Shown one piece after another: positions 11,222-19,449 of a stretch of DNA of 62,371 nucleotides. The stretch lies in the NCBI GenBank assembly GCA_949280815.1, contig CASDJM010000003.1, forward strand, positions 1 through 62,371, written 5' to 3'. The notes below the pieces were generated by a model that made no database searches, was not told the origin of the DNA, and was given only the letters and a program-made list of their open reading frames with translations. A program made the translations under genes and the position numbers. Source of the stretch: an uncultured Clostridia bacterium (GTDB lineage Bacteria > Bacillota > Clostridia > TANB77 > CAG-508). Within the stretch, counting starts at the first letter, position 1. Every line of letters begins with the position of its first letter.

Positions 11222-11258
11222 AAAAAGAACTACTATTTTTTATTTTAGTAATTCTTTG
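11222..11258 (-). terminator. rho-independent terminator, copy 1 of a duplicated 37-bp unit
   Basis: On the minus strand the hairpin AGAATTACTA...TAGTAGTTCT is followed by a T-run, directly after the ATPase stop. It is identical to 12661-12697 apart from one A in the run. Confidence 0.6.
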
Positions 11259-11269
11259 TTTTATTATTT

Positions 11270-12535
11270 CTAAAGTAATTCAATTGGTATTAAATTATTA
11301 TCTTTATCAATTGGAAATATATCTTTTGTTAAACATATTACTCCACCATTCCCTATTTCCATTCCCAATTTTTGCGTAACATCAAAATTCTTTACTGCTT
11401 GTTTTCCTGGGTTATAGCTTTTCTTTATTTCTAACGGATATACCTTATTATTATAGATAATAATTAAATCTATTTCCTTTCCATTATTATCTCTATAATA
11501 ATATAAATATTTTCTACTATCTAAACCTTGGTTTGAAAACGATTTAATAATTTCTGTTACAACATAAGTTTCTAAAATTGCGCCATTAAATGCACTTCTT
11601 TCTAATGTTATACTGTCCATATATCCTGCTAAAAAACAAGCTAATCCTGTGTCCATAAAATAAATTTTAGGTCTTTTTACTATCCTAGATACATTATTGT
11701 TTGAATATGGTTGTAATAAATACACTAATCCTGTACTTACTAAAATAGATAACCAATTTTGTGCTGTCATATTGTTTATTTCTATTGAATTCGATATGTC
11801 ATTTATGTTTAATTCCTGTCCTGTTCTTACTGCGATTGATTCAATAAATTTCAGAAATTTTGTTTCATCTTTTACATTAATAAGTTCCCTTATATCTCTT
11901 TCTATATATGTTTTTATATAAGTTTCAAAAAAGTCTTTTGGTTCTATGTTGGGATTTGAATATAATTCTGGATAACTTCCCTTTAGTATTTTTTCATATA
12001 ATTTATCGACTTCTAATCTATTTGTCTTTTCTCTTTTTTCAAGTTCTTCATATATTGGTAAAAACATCTTATCCTTTTTCTTCTCTATTTCCCTATTTGA
12101 TAAAGGATATAGTTCTAATATTCCAACTCTTCCTGCTAAAGATTCACTAACATTTTTCATGGTATGAAATACTTGTGAACCTGTTAAATAGTATAATCCA
12201 GATGTCTCTAATTCTTTGTTTTCTAAATGTTCCTGTCTTTTCTCATCTACTATTATTTTTATATAGGATAATAATTTAGGTGCATATTGAAATTCATCTA
12301 TTATTAGTGGCGGTTTATATCTTTCTAAAAATATTTCTGGTTCTTCAATAGCTAATGCTCTTATTGATAAATTATCTAAAGATATATAATTTATTTTTCC
12401 TTTTTCTTGTTTTCGTATATTATTTAATAGTGTAGTTTTTCCCACTTGCCTCGAACCTGTAATCATTATAACTGGAAATGCTTTTGCTAATTTATTAAGT
12501 CTTTCTTCTATACTTCTTTCAATATAATCACTCAT
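11270..12535 (-). CDS. AAA-type ATPase (AAA_14 N-domain, DUF4143-like C-domain)
   Basis: 421 aa with Walker A GSRQVGKTTLL, Walker B-like LIIDEFQ, and C-terminal architecture typical of DUF4143 ATPases. Confidence 0.7.
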   Translation of the reverse strand: MSDYIERSIEERLNKLAKAFPVIMITGSRQVGKTTLLNNIRKQEKGKINYISLDNLSIRALAIEEPEIFLERYKPPLIIDEFQYAPKLLSYIKIIVDEKRQEHLENKELETSGLYYLTGSQVFHTMKNVSESLAGRVGILELYPLSNREIEKKKDKMFLPIYEELEKREKTNRLEVDKLYEKILKGSYPELYSNPNIEPKDFFETYIKTYIERDIRELINVKDETKFLKFIESIAVRTGQELNINDISNSIEINNMTAQNWLSILVSTGLVYLLQPYSNNNVSRIVKRPKIYFMDTGLACFLAGYMDSITLERSAFNGAILETYVVTEIIKSFSNQGLDSRKYLYYYRDNNGKEIDLIIIYNNKVYPLEIKKSYNPGKQAVKNFDVTQKLGMEIGNGGVICLTKDIFPIDKDNNLIPIELL

Positions 12536-12660
12536 ATTCTCACCTTCTTTTAATTATTTATTCTATTTATATTATATACTTTATTATGTTTTTTTGCAAT
12601 ATTTTTATACATATTTATACTAACACTATATTTTTGTATAAACATTGTTCTTGAATTATA

Positions 12661-12697
12661 AAAAAGAACTACTATTTTTTATTTTAGTAATTCTTCC
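12661..12697 (-). terminator. rho-independent terminator, copy 2 of the duplicated 37-bp unit
   Basis: Same hairpin and T-run as 11222-11258, located just downstream of the PAS-like pseudogene. Confidence 0.55.
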
Positions 12698-12723
12698 ATA
12701 TTTGTTAAATTCATAGGCAAAAA

Positions 12724-13059
12724 TCACATTTGTAAATTTAATTCAAATCTTTCTATAAAGCCTATCCATTCGCCTTTTTCATTTTTAACTCCTTGCATAT
12801 ACACTCTTTGATTTTTAGAATTTACAAATATAAATACATCTTTTCCAGTTTTTTTATCTCTTCATAAGTGTCCTTTATTTTTTCAACAGATTTTTCATTG
12901 TGACAATCAAATATGCTTTTTCCTATTAGCTCTTTGCCCTTTACGATAATGGGCTTCCGCCTTTTTATTCATAAAACTAATAATATAATCATTGTTTACA
13001 AAAATTATATTATATGGGTAGCTATCTAAAATTCCTTTTACTATTTCTAATTTTTCCAT
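12724..13059 (-). pseudogene. small PAS-like domain protein disrupted by two compensating homopolymer indels
   Basis: Own translation (AAGGAG RBS, ATG at 13059) gives MEKLEIVKGILDSYPYNIIFVNNDYIISFMNKKAEAHYRKG. The frame is lost at a GGG run, continues as KELIGKSIFDCHNEKSVEKIKDTYEEIKK in +1, and returns to frame 0 at an A7 run as TGKDVFIFVNSKNQRVYMQGVKNEKGEWIGFIERFELNLQM. Confidence 0.55.
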
Positions 13060-13101
13060 GTTGTTTTTCTCCTTCAACTACTTGTACTCTGATTTCTTAT
13101 T

Positions 13102-13434
13102 TTAGTTAACTATATCTTGAATCTGATTTTCTAATTCTTCCAATTCTGTATCAAGAAATCCCCAAACCATATTTAAGTTTACCCCTTCATAATCATGGAC
13201 AATTCTATTTCTTAAAGCTTTTAGACCTCTCCATTCAATATTAGGATTTTCCTTTACCGTTTCTTCACTAATTTTTCCCACTAATTCTCCAATTTGACTT
13301 AAATTAAAAACGCAAGCATTTACTGTTTTTCTATCTTCGTTAAACTGTTCGTGAGAATACCCAGTTATAAATTCTTCAATTTCTTCAATATATTTTAAAA
13401 CTTTCGTTAATATTATCTTATCTTTACTTTTCAT
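13102..13434 (-). CDS. HepT-like (DUF86/HEPN) ribonuclease toxin
   Basis: 110 aa with the RX4HXY motif (RNRIVHDY). It overlaps the upstream MNT gene by 11 nt. Confidence 0.8.
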   Translation of the reverse strand: MKSKDKIILTKVLKYIEEIEEFITGYSHEQFNEDRKTVNACVFNLSQIGELVGKISEETVKENPNIEWRGLKALRNRIVHDYEGVNLNMVWGFLDTELEELENQIQDIVN

Positions 13435-13732
13435 AAATAACTACTCCTGTATTTTCTATTTCTTTTTCTATTTTTGAATTTTTATCAATTTCTAGCTTTT
13501 CAATAACATCAACTTCTTTGTCTAGTTTTTCTCTTATTTTATCTACTATAGCAAAAAATTTTAACCCTTTAATTTTACCTTTGCTATCAATTAATATATC
13601 TATATCACTATTTTTAGTAGGCTTATTCTTGGCATAAGAACCAAATAATATTGCTTTTTCAACTTCTGTATTTGCTAAAATTTCATATACCATATTTTTT
13701 ATATCTTCAATGGAATATATTTTTGTAGTCAT
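13424..13732 (-). CDS. MntA-like minimal nucleotidyltransferase antitoxin
   Basis: 102 aa with the GSYAKNKPTKNSDIDILID nucleotidyltransferase motif (GS...DxD), paired with HepT. Confidence 0.8.
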   Translation of the reverse strand: MTTKIYSIEDIKNMVYEILANTEVEKAILFGSYAKNKPTKNSDIDILIDSKGKIKGLKFFAIVDKIREKLDKEVDVIEKLEIDKNSKIEKEIENTGVVIYEK

Positions 13733-13800
13733 ATACTTGTCCTCCTTAATTTCTTCTTTTTTAATATATCACAATTTACTTTAAATTACTATATTTCGGC

Positions 13801-13962
13801 TTAATTATTTTGTAAATATTCTAAAATTTCATTTTTTATTTGTACTTTTTCTTCATAACTTACATCTAAATTTTCGATACTTTCTTTTATTAATAATGCT
13901 TTTACAAATGCTAAATTATGTATATACTCTTTGTTATTTTCTGTATTAATTTTTATCTGCAT
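13801..13962 (-). CDS. conserved 53-aa hypothetical protein (homologue in element E2)
   Basis: GAGGTG RBS. The product MQIKINTENNKEYIHNLAFVKALLIKESIENLDVSYEEKVQIKNEILEYLQNN is about half identical to the 18242-18403 product. It is below the ORF-track length cutoff. Confidence 0.6.
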   Translation of the reverse strand: MQIKINTENNKEYIHNLAFVKALLIKESIENLDVSYEEKVQIKNEILEYLQNN

Positions 13963-14152
13963 CTTACACCTCTTATTTTAAATGTATGCCTACTATTATT
14001 TAGCTATTCAAATATTGGGGTTAATTTTTTACTAACAACTTTTAGGCATGACTTGACTATATAACACTTTATCATGTTATATTTTGTCCTTCACTTTATA
14101 AGAGTGCAATTATAAAATCAAAATGAGCATCTTTTATAGATTTTTTTAATAT

Positions 14153-15136
14153 TTATTTTTTAGCAATATACAATGTTGCTGAACTTGGCATTTTATCAAT
14201 TCTTTCTATTTCTTTAAAGTTATTTTCTTTCATTAAATTTTCAATTTCTTTATGTGTATATACTTTTCCATTGTTTGAATTCATTAACATTTCAACAGCA
14301 AATTGTACTGAAAATTCTGGACTAGCTCTATCTTCATTTAAAAAGAAACTTGTTAAAAATAGTCTTCCATTTGGTTTCAGTATATTATAACTATTATTTA
14401 ATAGCTTATTCAGATTTCCTTCTGGTTCTTGATGAGCTACTGCAAATAAAAATACATCATCATATTTTTCTGTTGGAAAACTAATATTATAGTTACATTC
14501 TTCAGCTATTATTCGCTCTTGCAATTGTTCTTCTTCTATTTTTATATTTTCAATTTTTACCATTCGTAGTAAATCAATCATTTTTCCTTTTACTGTATTA
14601 TATTTCTTTGCTACTGTTATTAAATATGTACCTGCTCCTGCTCCAATATCTAGTATATTATGATTTTCAAAATCATAGCTTTCTGCAATAAATTTAGCTT
14701 GTGATATTGCATTTGCTTCCATTCCTCTCATAAAACTTTCTGCATTATTTTCTGTCAATTCTTTGAAGTTATCTTTAGCAAAGTTTTTATTTCTTATACT
14801 ATTTTCTAAAACTTGATATTTTTTCATTATCGTTTTTGCAAAATCGATGTAGCCTTTTTGATTATATTTAGAATCTTTATTTAATATCTCGTTGTATTCT
14901 CCTAGATAATATCCATTTTTATTTTTATCTATAATTTTATAAAATGTTAATACATTTAATATTGGCTCTAATCTATTTTCTTCTATTTGTAATTCTTTTG
15001 ATATTTGTAATAATGACTTACTCTCTTTACTTAAACAATCAAATATTCCTATATCGTTTGATGAAATAATTATATAGGTTAACTTATAATTATTTACCAT
15101 ATGTTTAAAATTGCTTGTTTGTTCCTTTATATCCAT
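14153..15136 (-). CDS. class I SAM-dependent methyltransferase (O-methyltransferase-like, winged-helix N-domain)
   Basis: SAM motif I is ILDIGAGAGTYL. AGGAG RBS precedes the ATG at 15136 (MDIKEQ...). The listed ORF start at 15157 is an upstream TTG. Confidence 0.7.
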   Translation of the reverse strand: MDIKEQTSNFKHMVNNYKLTYIIISSNDIGIFDCLSKESKSLLQISKELQIEENRLEPILNVLTFYKIIDKNKNGYYLGEYNEILNKDSKYNQKGYIDFAKTIMKKYQVLENSIRNKNFAKDNFKELTENNAESFMRGMEANAISQAKFIAESYDFENHNILDIGAGAGTYLITVAKKYNTVKGKMIDLLRMVKIENIKIEEEQLQERIIAEECNYNISFPTEKYDDVFLFAVAHQEPEGNLNKLLNNSYNILKPNGRLFLTSFFLNEDRASPEFSVQFAVEMLMNSNNGKVYTHKEIENLMKENNFKEIERIDKMPSSATLYIAKK

Positions 15137-15360
15137 TTTTCTCCTACCTTTCAACAAAATTAATATTACTTTGAATAACTGTTTTATTGGTTAAATTCTA
15201 TCATCAATTAACCAATATTACAATTAAATTATCTCTTATGACTAAGCAAATTTTATTATTACATTTATTTATATTATTACTACATCGTAAATTTTACAAC
15301 TCTAAATTATATTTTTTATAATTATAATTTATATCATATACAGTAAAAAATAGTTCACTA

Positions 15361-15465
15361 TTTTTTGCAGGAAAAGGGCGAGTCACAAATCGCCCATACA
15401 CAGCTTAAAAATGAGGTTTTTAACGGATGCACTACAAGAAAAATGGAGGTCAAATGTGAGTCATC
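15361..15465. other. conserved non-coding block shared by E1 and E2
   Basis: Aligns with 22493-22597 through TTTTTGCAGGA..GCGA.TC....ATCGCCC..ACAGCT.AAAAA...GTTTTTAACGG....TGGAG.TCA...GAGTCA. It contains a GGGCGA/TCGCCC hairpin. Confidence 0.6.
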
Positions 15466-15514
15466 TTTTTTGCCTATTCTTTTTACTATACAGTTCTATT
15501 TTTTTCTTATTTCT

Positions 15515-15778
15515 TCATAATTCGAATTCTTCTTCCCTCTTAACATGCTTTTTAGTTTTCCTTTTTGTACTTTTATTTTTCCTTTGCAATGTTATTTTAT
15601 CTATTTTATATTTAGCTTGTCCATTTAAAATAATTGTTTCATTCAATATTCCTTTGTTTTTAATCTTAGAAAATACATCTGCAATATCTTCACAAGTAGC
15701 ATGATAATTTTCTACTTTTACTTGATTTTTCAATGTTTCTTCCTTTTTAGAAAATGCTGTCAGCAAGGAAGGGGTGTT
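15515..15778 (-). CDS. terminal ORF of E1, homologous to the N-terminal part of the E2 terminal HTH protein; has no ATG and is open up to the att core
   Basis: The frame is open from the core to the stop at 15515 and contains no in-frame ATG. The segment EDIADVFSKIKNKGILNETI resembles E2 RDIVTGFFRQIKNNKIIANPI. The C-terminal tail is basic. A possible TTG start follows AAGGAAG. Confidence 0.45.
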   Translation of the reverse strand, partial: NTPSLLTAFSKKEETLKNQVKVENYHATCEDIADVFSKIKNKGILNETIILNGQAKYKIDKITLQRKNKSTKRKTKKHVKREEEFEL

Positions 15779-16008
15779 TCTGCTCCTTGCCCTGTTGTTA
15801 GTTCTATGTTCATTCCTTTTTCTTTAAAATATCCCTTGTTAATAGCTACATATTGTGGTGCGTAGAAAACAGAACGAGTTACTTCATTCACTTTAATATT
15901 TTTTAACTCTACGCCATCTTTATTTTTTTGATTAACAATCACTCCTACCATACTAAATACCATAGCAAGAATAATAATTACTATAATTACAATAACTTTT
16001 TTCTTCAA
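15779..16008 (-). pseudogene. ABC substrate-binding protein, 5' fragment (signal/anchor region)
   Basis: AAAGGAGG RBS and TTG at 16008. The product (M)KKKVIVIIVIIILAMVFSMVGVIV...NIELTTGQGA then hits the att core, and read-through into E1 stops after 7 codons. Confidence 0.75.
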
Positions 16009-16092
16009 AGTTTTTCCTCCTTTTGGCAATGATTTTAAGTAATAGAGATGATTTTGAGAACGGAGGAAAAAATCATCTCTGTCTCAAAATCA

Positions 16093-16468
16093 TTATTTAA
16101 ATTTTTTTGAATGTAGGATAAATTTTTCTAATAACAATACTGCTGCATACATGATACCAGCTACCATACCTAAAATAATTACACTTGCCATAACCAAATC
16201 TAATTTAAACACTTGACCTCCATAAACAATTAAATATCCGAAGTCCTGCTTTTGATACTAAAAATTCTCCTGAGATTACGCCTACTAGTGAAAGTCCTAT
16301 ATTGACTTTTAGAGAATTTATAAAGGTAGAAAGATTAGCAGGTATGACAATTTTGGTTAATATTTGAAACTTATTAGCTTTAAAAGTCTTTGCCATTTTA
16401 ATTACTTCTTTGTCTGTTTTTAAAAATCCATTCAAATTTTCTAATATCGTTACAATTAAGGAAATTGC
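16093..16468 (-). pseudogene. ABC permease (NitT/TauT family), 3' fragment, with a CGG frame break at 16240-16238
   Basis: Own translation gives AISLIVTILENLNGFLKTDKEVIKMAKTF...EFLVSKAGL-(cgg). The +1 frame continues GYLIVYGGQVFKLDLVMASVIILGMVAGIMYAAVLLLEKFILHSKKFK to the stop at 16093. Confidence 0.8.
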
Positions 16469-18214
16469 TTTTCCTTTGTGTTTGCGACTTTTGAATTAGA
16501 AGATTGGGCTATTTCTTGATAATTGTTTGAAAACAGCCATTTTGTGTTATCTTCTATTTTCGTATTTAATAAGCTGATTTCTACTTTTTTACCTTCTCCT
16601 TTCATATCTTCAATCAATAACTTTAAAATATCTTTTTTTAATTTTAAATCTAAACATTCAAAAGTTTCAAAATAATTATGTATAATATCCATTACCAAAT
16701 TTGCATTTTGTTTCTCATGTTTCTTTTTGGTTTTATTTTTTTCTATTCGTTTTAGTTTTTCCTCAATTTCCTTATTTTCTTCTTTTATTTTTATTAGTTC
16801 CCTATTGACAAATTCTACTACCTCTTCTCCCATATTTTTTAAACTATAAATCAAATTTTTTATTTCTTCTTGATTTTTCTTATATTTTTTGTTTAATTCT
16901 TCTTGTTCTTGCTCTTGGTCATTTTCTTTACCTATTGATAATTTTTTAAGTTCTTTCCCAATTTCTGAATTTAGTACAAATAAATCTTTTAATTTTTCCA
17001 TTACTATTTTATCGAAATCTAAACCCGCTATATTTTTGCTATCACATTTTACTCCCTTACTCTTATCTTTTAGTTCACAAGTATAATAAAATCTTCTTGT
17101 CTTCCCTTTTTCTTGTTTTCCTCCTGCCATTTTTGGTCTCATATAAGAACCACACTTTGAACATTTTAAAATGCCAGAAAATAATGCCTCATTTTTGATA
17201 TTGGCTCGATATCTTTTATCGGCATTCTTTTCTATTAATTCTTGCGAACGTACCCAATCTTCCCCATTAATTCTTCCTTTATGAAGTCCCACAGCAATAA
17301 TCCATTGTGACATATCTCTTGTTTTTTCTCCATCTAATTTATTGTATGCCATAAATCCATAGTTTCCATCAAATTTTGCTCGTTCTCCTTCTGCGAAAAT
17401 CTCTTGTATTCCTTTTGATTTAAAATATTGAACGACACATTTATCATTTTTTGCATAGACAGGATTGGTTAGAATGAATCTTAATGTTCCTGCTGAATAA
17501 TTGGCTCCTTGTTTTGTTGCAATTTTATTTTGTAAAAGGTAAGTTTCTAGCTTGGTTAGTGATTTTAATTCTTCAAATTTATGATAGATTAAATCAATAA
17601 CTTTTAGTTCTTCTTCTACTTCTACTAATTTACATGCTTTTTTCTTTTTCTTTTCTATTACATTTTCATTGTCTTGCTCGTAGATATCTATCAATTCATA
17701 CCTTTGGCTAGTGTATCCAGTAGGTGTTATTCCGCCGAAGCCATCTTCCTGTCTTGGCAAGTTCTATCATATTATCTCTTATTCTTTCTGCTATGACTTC
17801 TCTTTCTAACTGTGCAAATACACTAGCAATAAACATCATGGCTCGCCCCATAGGCGTGCTTGTATCAAATTGTTCTTTGATGGATATAAAACTTGTATTC
17901 TTTTTGGTTAGTTCTTCCATTAAATTGGAAAAATTAGCAATGTTTCTGCTAATTCTATCTAGTCTATAACAAATTAAAATATCATAGGGCTCTTTTTCTT
18001 CTTCTGCTAAAAATTTTTGAAATTGTGGTCTGTCTATATTCCCTCCTGAAAAACCTTCGTCTTCATATATTACTATTTCTGTTTCGTATTCTTCTTTTGG
18101 ATAGTTCTTTTTTATATATTCTTTTATTAGTTCTATTTGATTTCCGACTGAATCTCCTTTATCTGTATATTTGGATTTTCTGGAATATAAAGCAATTCTG
18201 ATTTTCTTTTTCAT
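16456..18214 (-). CDS. large serine recombinase (paralogue of the E1 enzyme) with a CGG frame break at 17737-17735
   Basis: The protein starts MKKKIRIALYSRKSK... and runs to ...AKTGRWL-(cgg cgg). The +1 frame continues GGITPTGYTSQRYE... into the 434-aa ORF. The E1 paralogue reads RWLGGDTP at the same place. The stop codon lies 2 codons beyond the att core. Confidence 0.9.
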
Positions 18215-18241
18215 GTTTTACTCCTTGCTTTCTATTCTTAT

Positions 18242-18403
18242 TTATTTTGTTTCTAAATATTTTATTATCTTTTGTTTGATTTCTTCTTTTTCTTGATAAC
18301 TTACTTCTAAATTATCTATTGTTTTTTTGATTAAAAATGCTTTTATAAATGCTATATTTTGCATAACATTTTCTTCTCTTCTATTTTTTATTTCTATTTC
18401 CAT
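18242..18403 (-). CDS. conserved 53-aa hypothetical protein (homologue of 13801-13962)
   Basis: Own translation gives MEIEIKNRREENVMQNIAFIKAFLIKKTIDNLEVSYQEKEEIKQKIIKYLETK. It has the same length as the E1 copy and a GAGGTG RBS. Confidence 0.6.
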   Translation of the reverse strand: MEIEIKNRREENVMQNIAFIKAFLIKKTIDNLEVSYQEKEEIKQKIIKYLETK

Positions 18404-18471
18404 ATAACACCTCTAAAAAAAGTGTATGCTATTTTTTAGGCAATAGCACACACTTTTTATTCTTTTATTTT

Positions 18472-18822
18472 TTAGTCTTCTACTTTTTCTGCATCTATAA
18501 TTTTTTGTATATCTTGTTTTAGTTGTTTAATATCATGATTTAACACATACCATATACTTTTTAAACTAATTCCTTCATAATCATGCACAATTCTATTTCT
18601 CAATCCTTTTATCATATTCCATTCAATAAAAGAATATTTTTGCATAGTTTCTTTTGAAATGTTTTTCACTAATTCTCCAATTTGACTAATAGAAAAAACA
18701 GTTGCATCTATTGTTTTTTCATCATTACAAAATTCTTCAAATGTATATCCTTTTGTATATTTAGTGGCTTTATCGATATATTCTATCATTTTTATAAAAG
18801 AAATATATTCTTTATTTTTCAT
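18472..18822 (-). CDS. HepT-like (DUF86/HEPN) ribonuclease toxin
   Basis: 116 aa with RNRIVHDY (RX4HXY). It overlaps the MNT gene by 11 nt. Confidence 0.8.
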   Translation of the reverse strand: MKNKEYISFIKMIEYIDKATKYTKGYTFEEFCNDEKTIDATVFSISQIGELVKNISKETMQKYSFIEWNMIKGLRNRIVHDYEGISLKSIWYVLNHDIKQLKQDIQKIIDAEKVED

Positions 18823-19120
18823 AAACTACCACTCCCGTTCTTTTTATTTCTTCATCTATTTTAGAATTCTCTATGATTTCTGTTTTTTCAAAAGCATCTA
18901 CTTGTTTGTTAAAGGCTTCTTCTATTTTTGTAATCAAACTGAATAATTTGAATCCCATTAAGGTTTCTTTGGTATCTATCACAAAATCCAAATCACTATT
19001 TTTGTTGGCTGAATTTTTTGCATAAGATCCAAATAGAGTTACTTTATATACAGGCATATTATTTAATATATTTTTTAATATTGTTTTAATCTCTTCTATT
19101 GAATATATTTTTTCGCTCAT
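18812..19120 (-). CDS. MntA-like minimal nucleotidyltransferase antitoxin
   Basis: 102 aa with the GSYAKNSANKNSDLDFVID motif, paired with HepT. Confidence 0.8.
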   Translation of the reverse strand: MSEKIYSIEEIKTILKNILNNMPVYKVTLFGSYAKNSANKNSDLDFVIDTKETLMGFKLFSLITKIEEAFNKQVDAFEKTEIIENSKIDEEIKRTGVVVYEK

Positions 19121-19449
19121 ATCTAGGTAATCCTCCTTTTCTTTTCGTTTTTAGTATAACACGAATCATAAAAAAATGCTATACTTTTTGATTAACTTAT
19201 TGTTTGATGCTTTTGATACTTAATTTTTTACTAACAACTTTTTGGCATGACTAGACTATATAACAAATTTCTTGTTATATTTACTTTTGATATTTGGACT
19301 CTCCTCCTTTCTTTCGCCTTCAATATATAAGAGTGCATTTATAAAATGAATATGGTCATTTTTTTAAAAAATTTTTATTTTTTGAGGTGATTATAACACA
19401 AAAACAGATAATTTTTTCAATTACCTGTTTTGTTATTGTAATATTAAAA

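Larger units (their letters stand above)
9353..15786 (-). mobile_element. Element E1: ~6.4 kb large-serine-recombinase integrative element inserted inside the binding-protein gene
   Basis: An 8-bp identical core TCTGCTCC sits at 9353-9360 and 15779-15786. Removing the interval restores a continuous binding-protein ORF (GQGA|DAVMTAV). The recombinase gene sits at one end, and all genes are co-oriented. Confidence 0.8.

Noticed and set aside
11222-12697. The 37-bp direct repeats as target-site duplications of a nested transposon.
   Set aside because: 37 bp is too long for a target-site duplication, each copy is a functional-looking terminator hairpin with a T-run, and no transposase lies between them. 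Duplication of a terminator-bearing cassette is the simpler reading.
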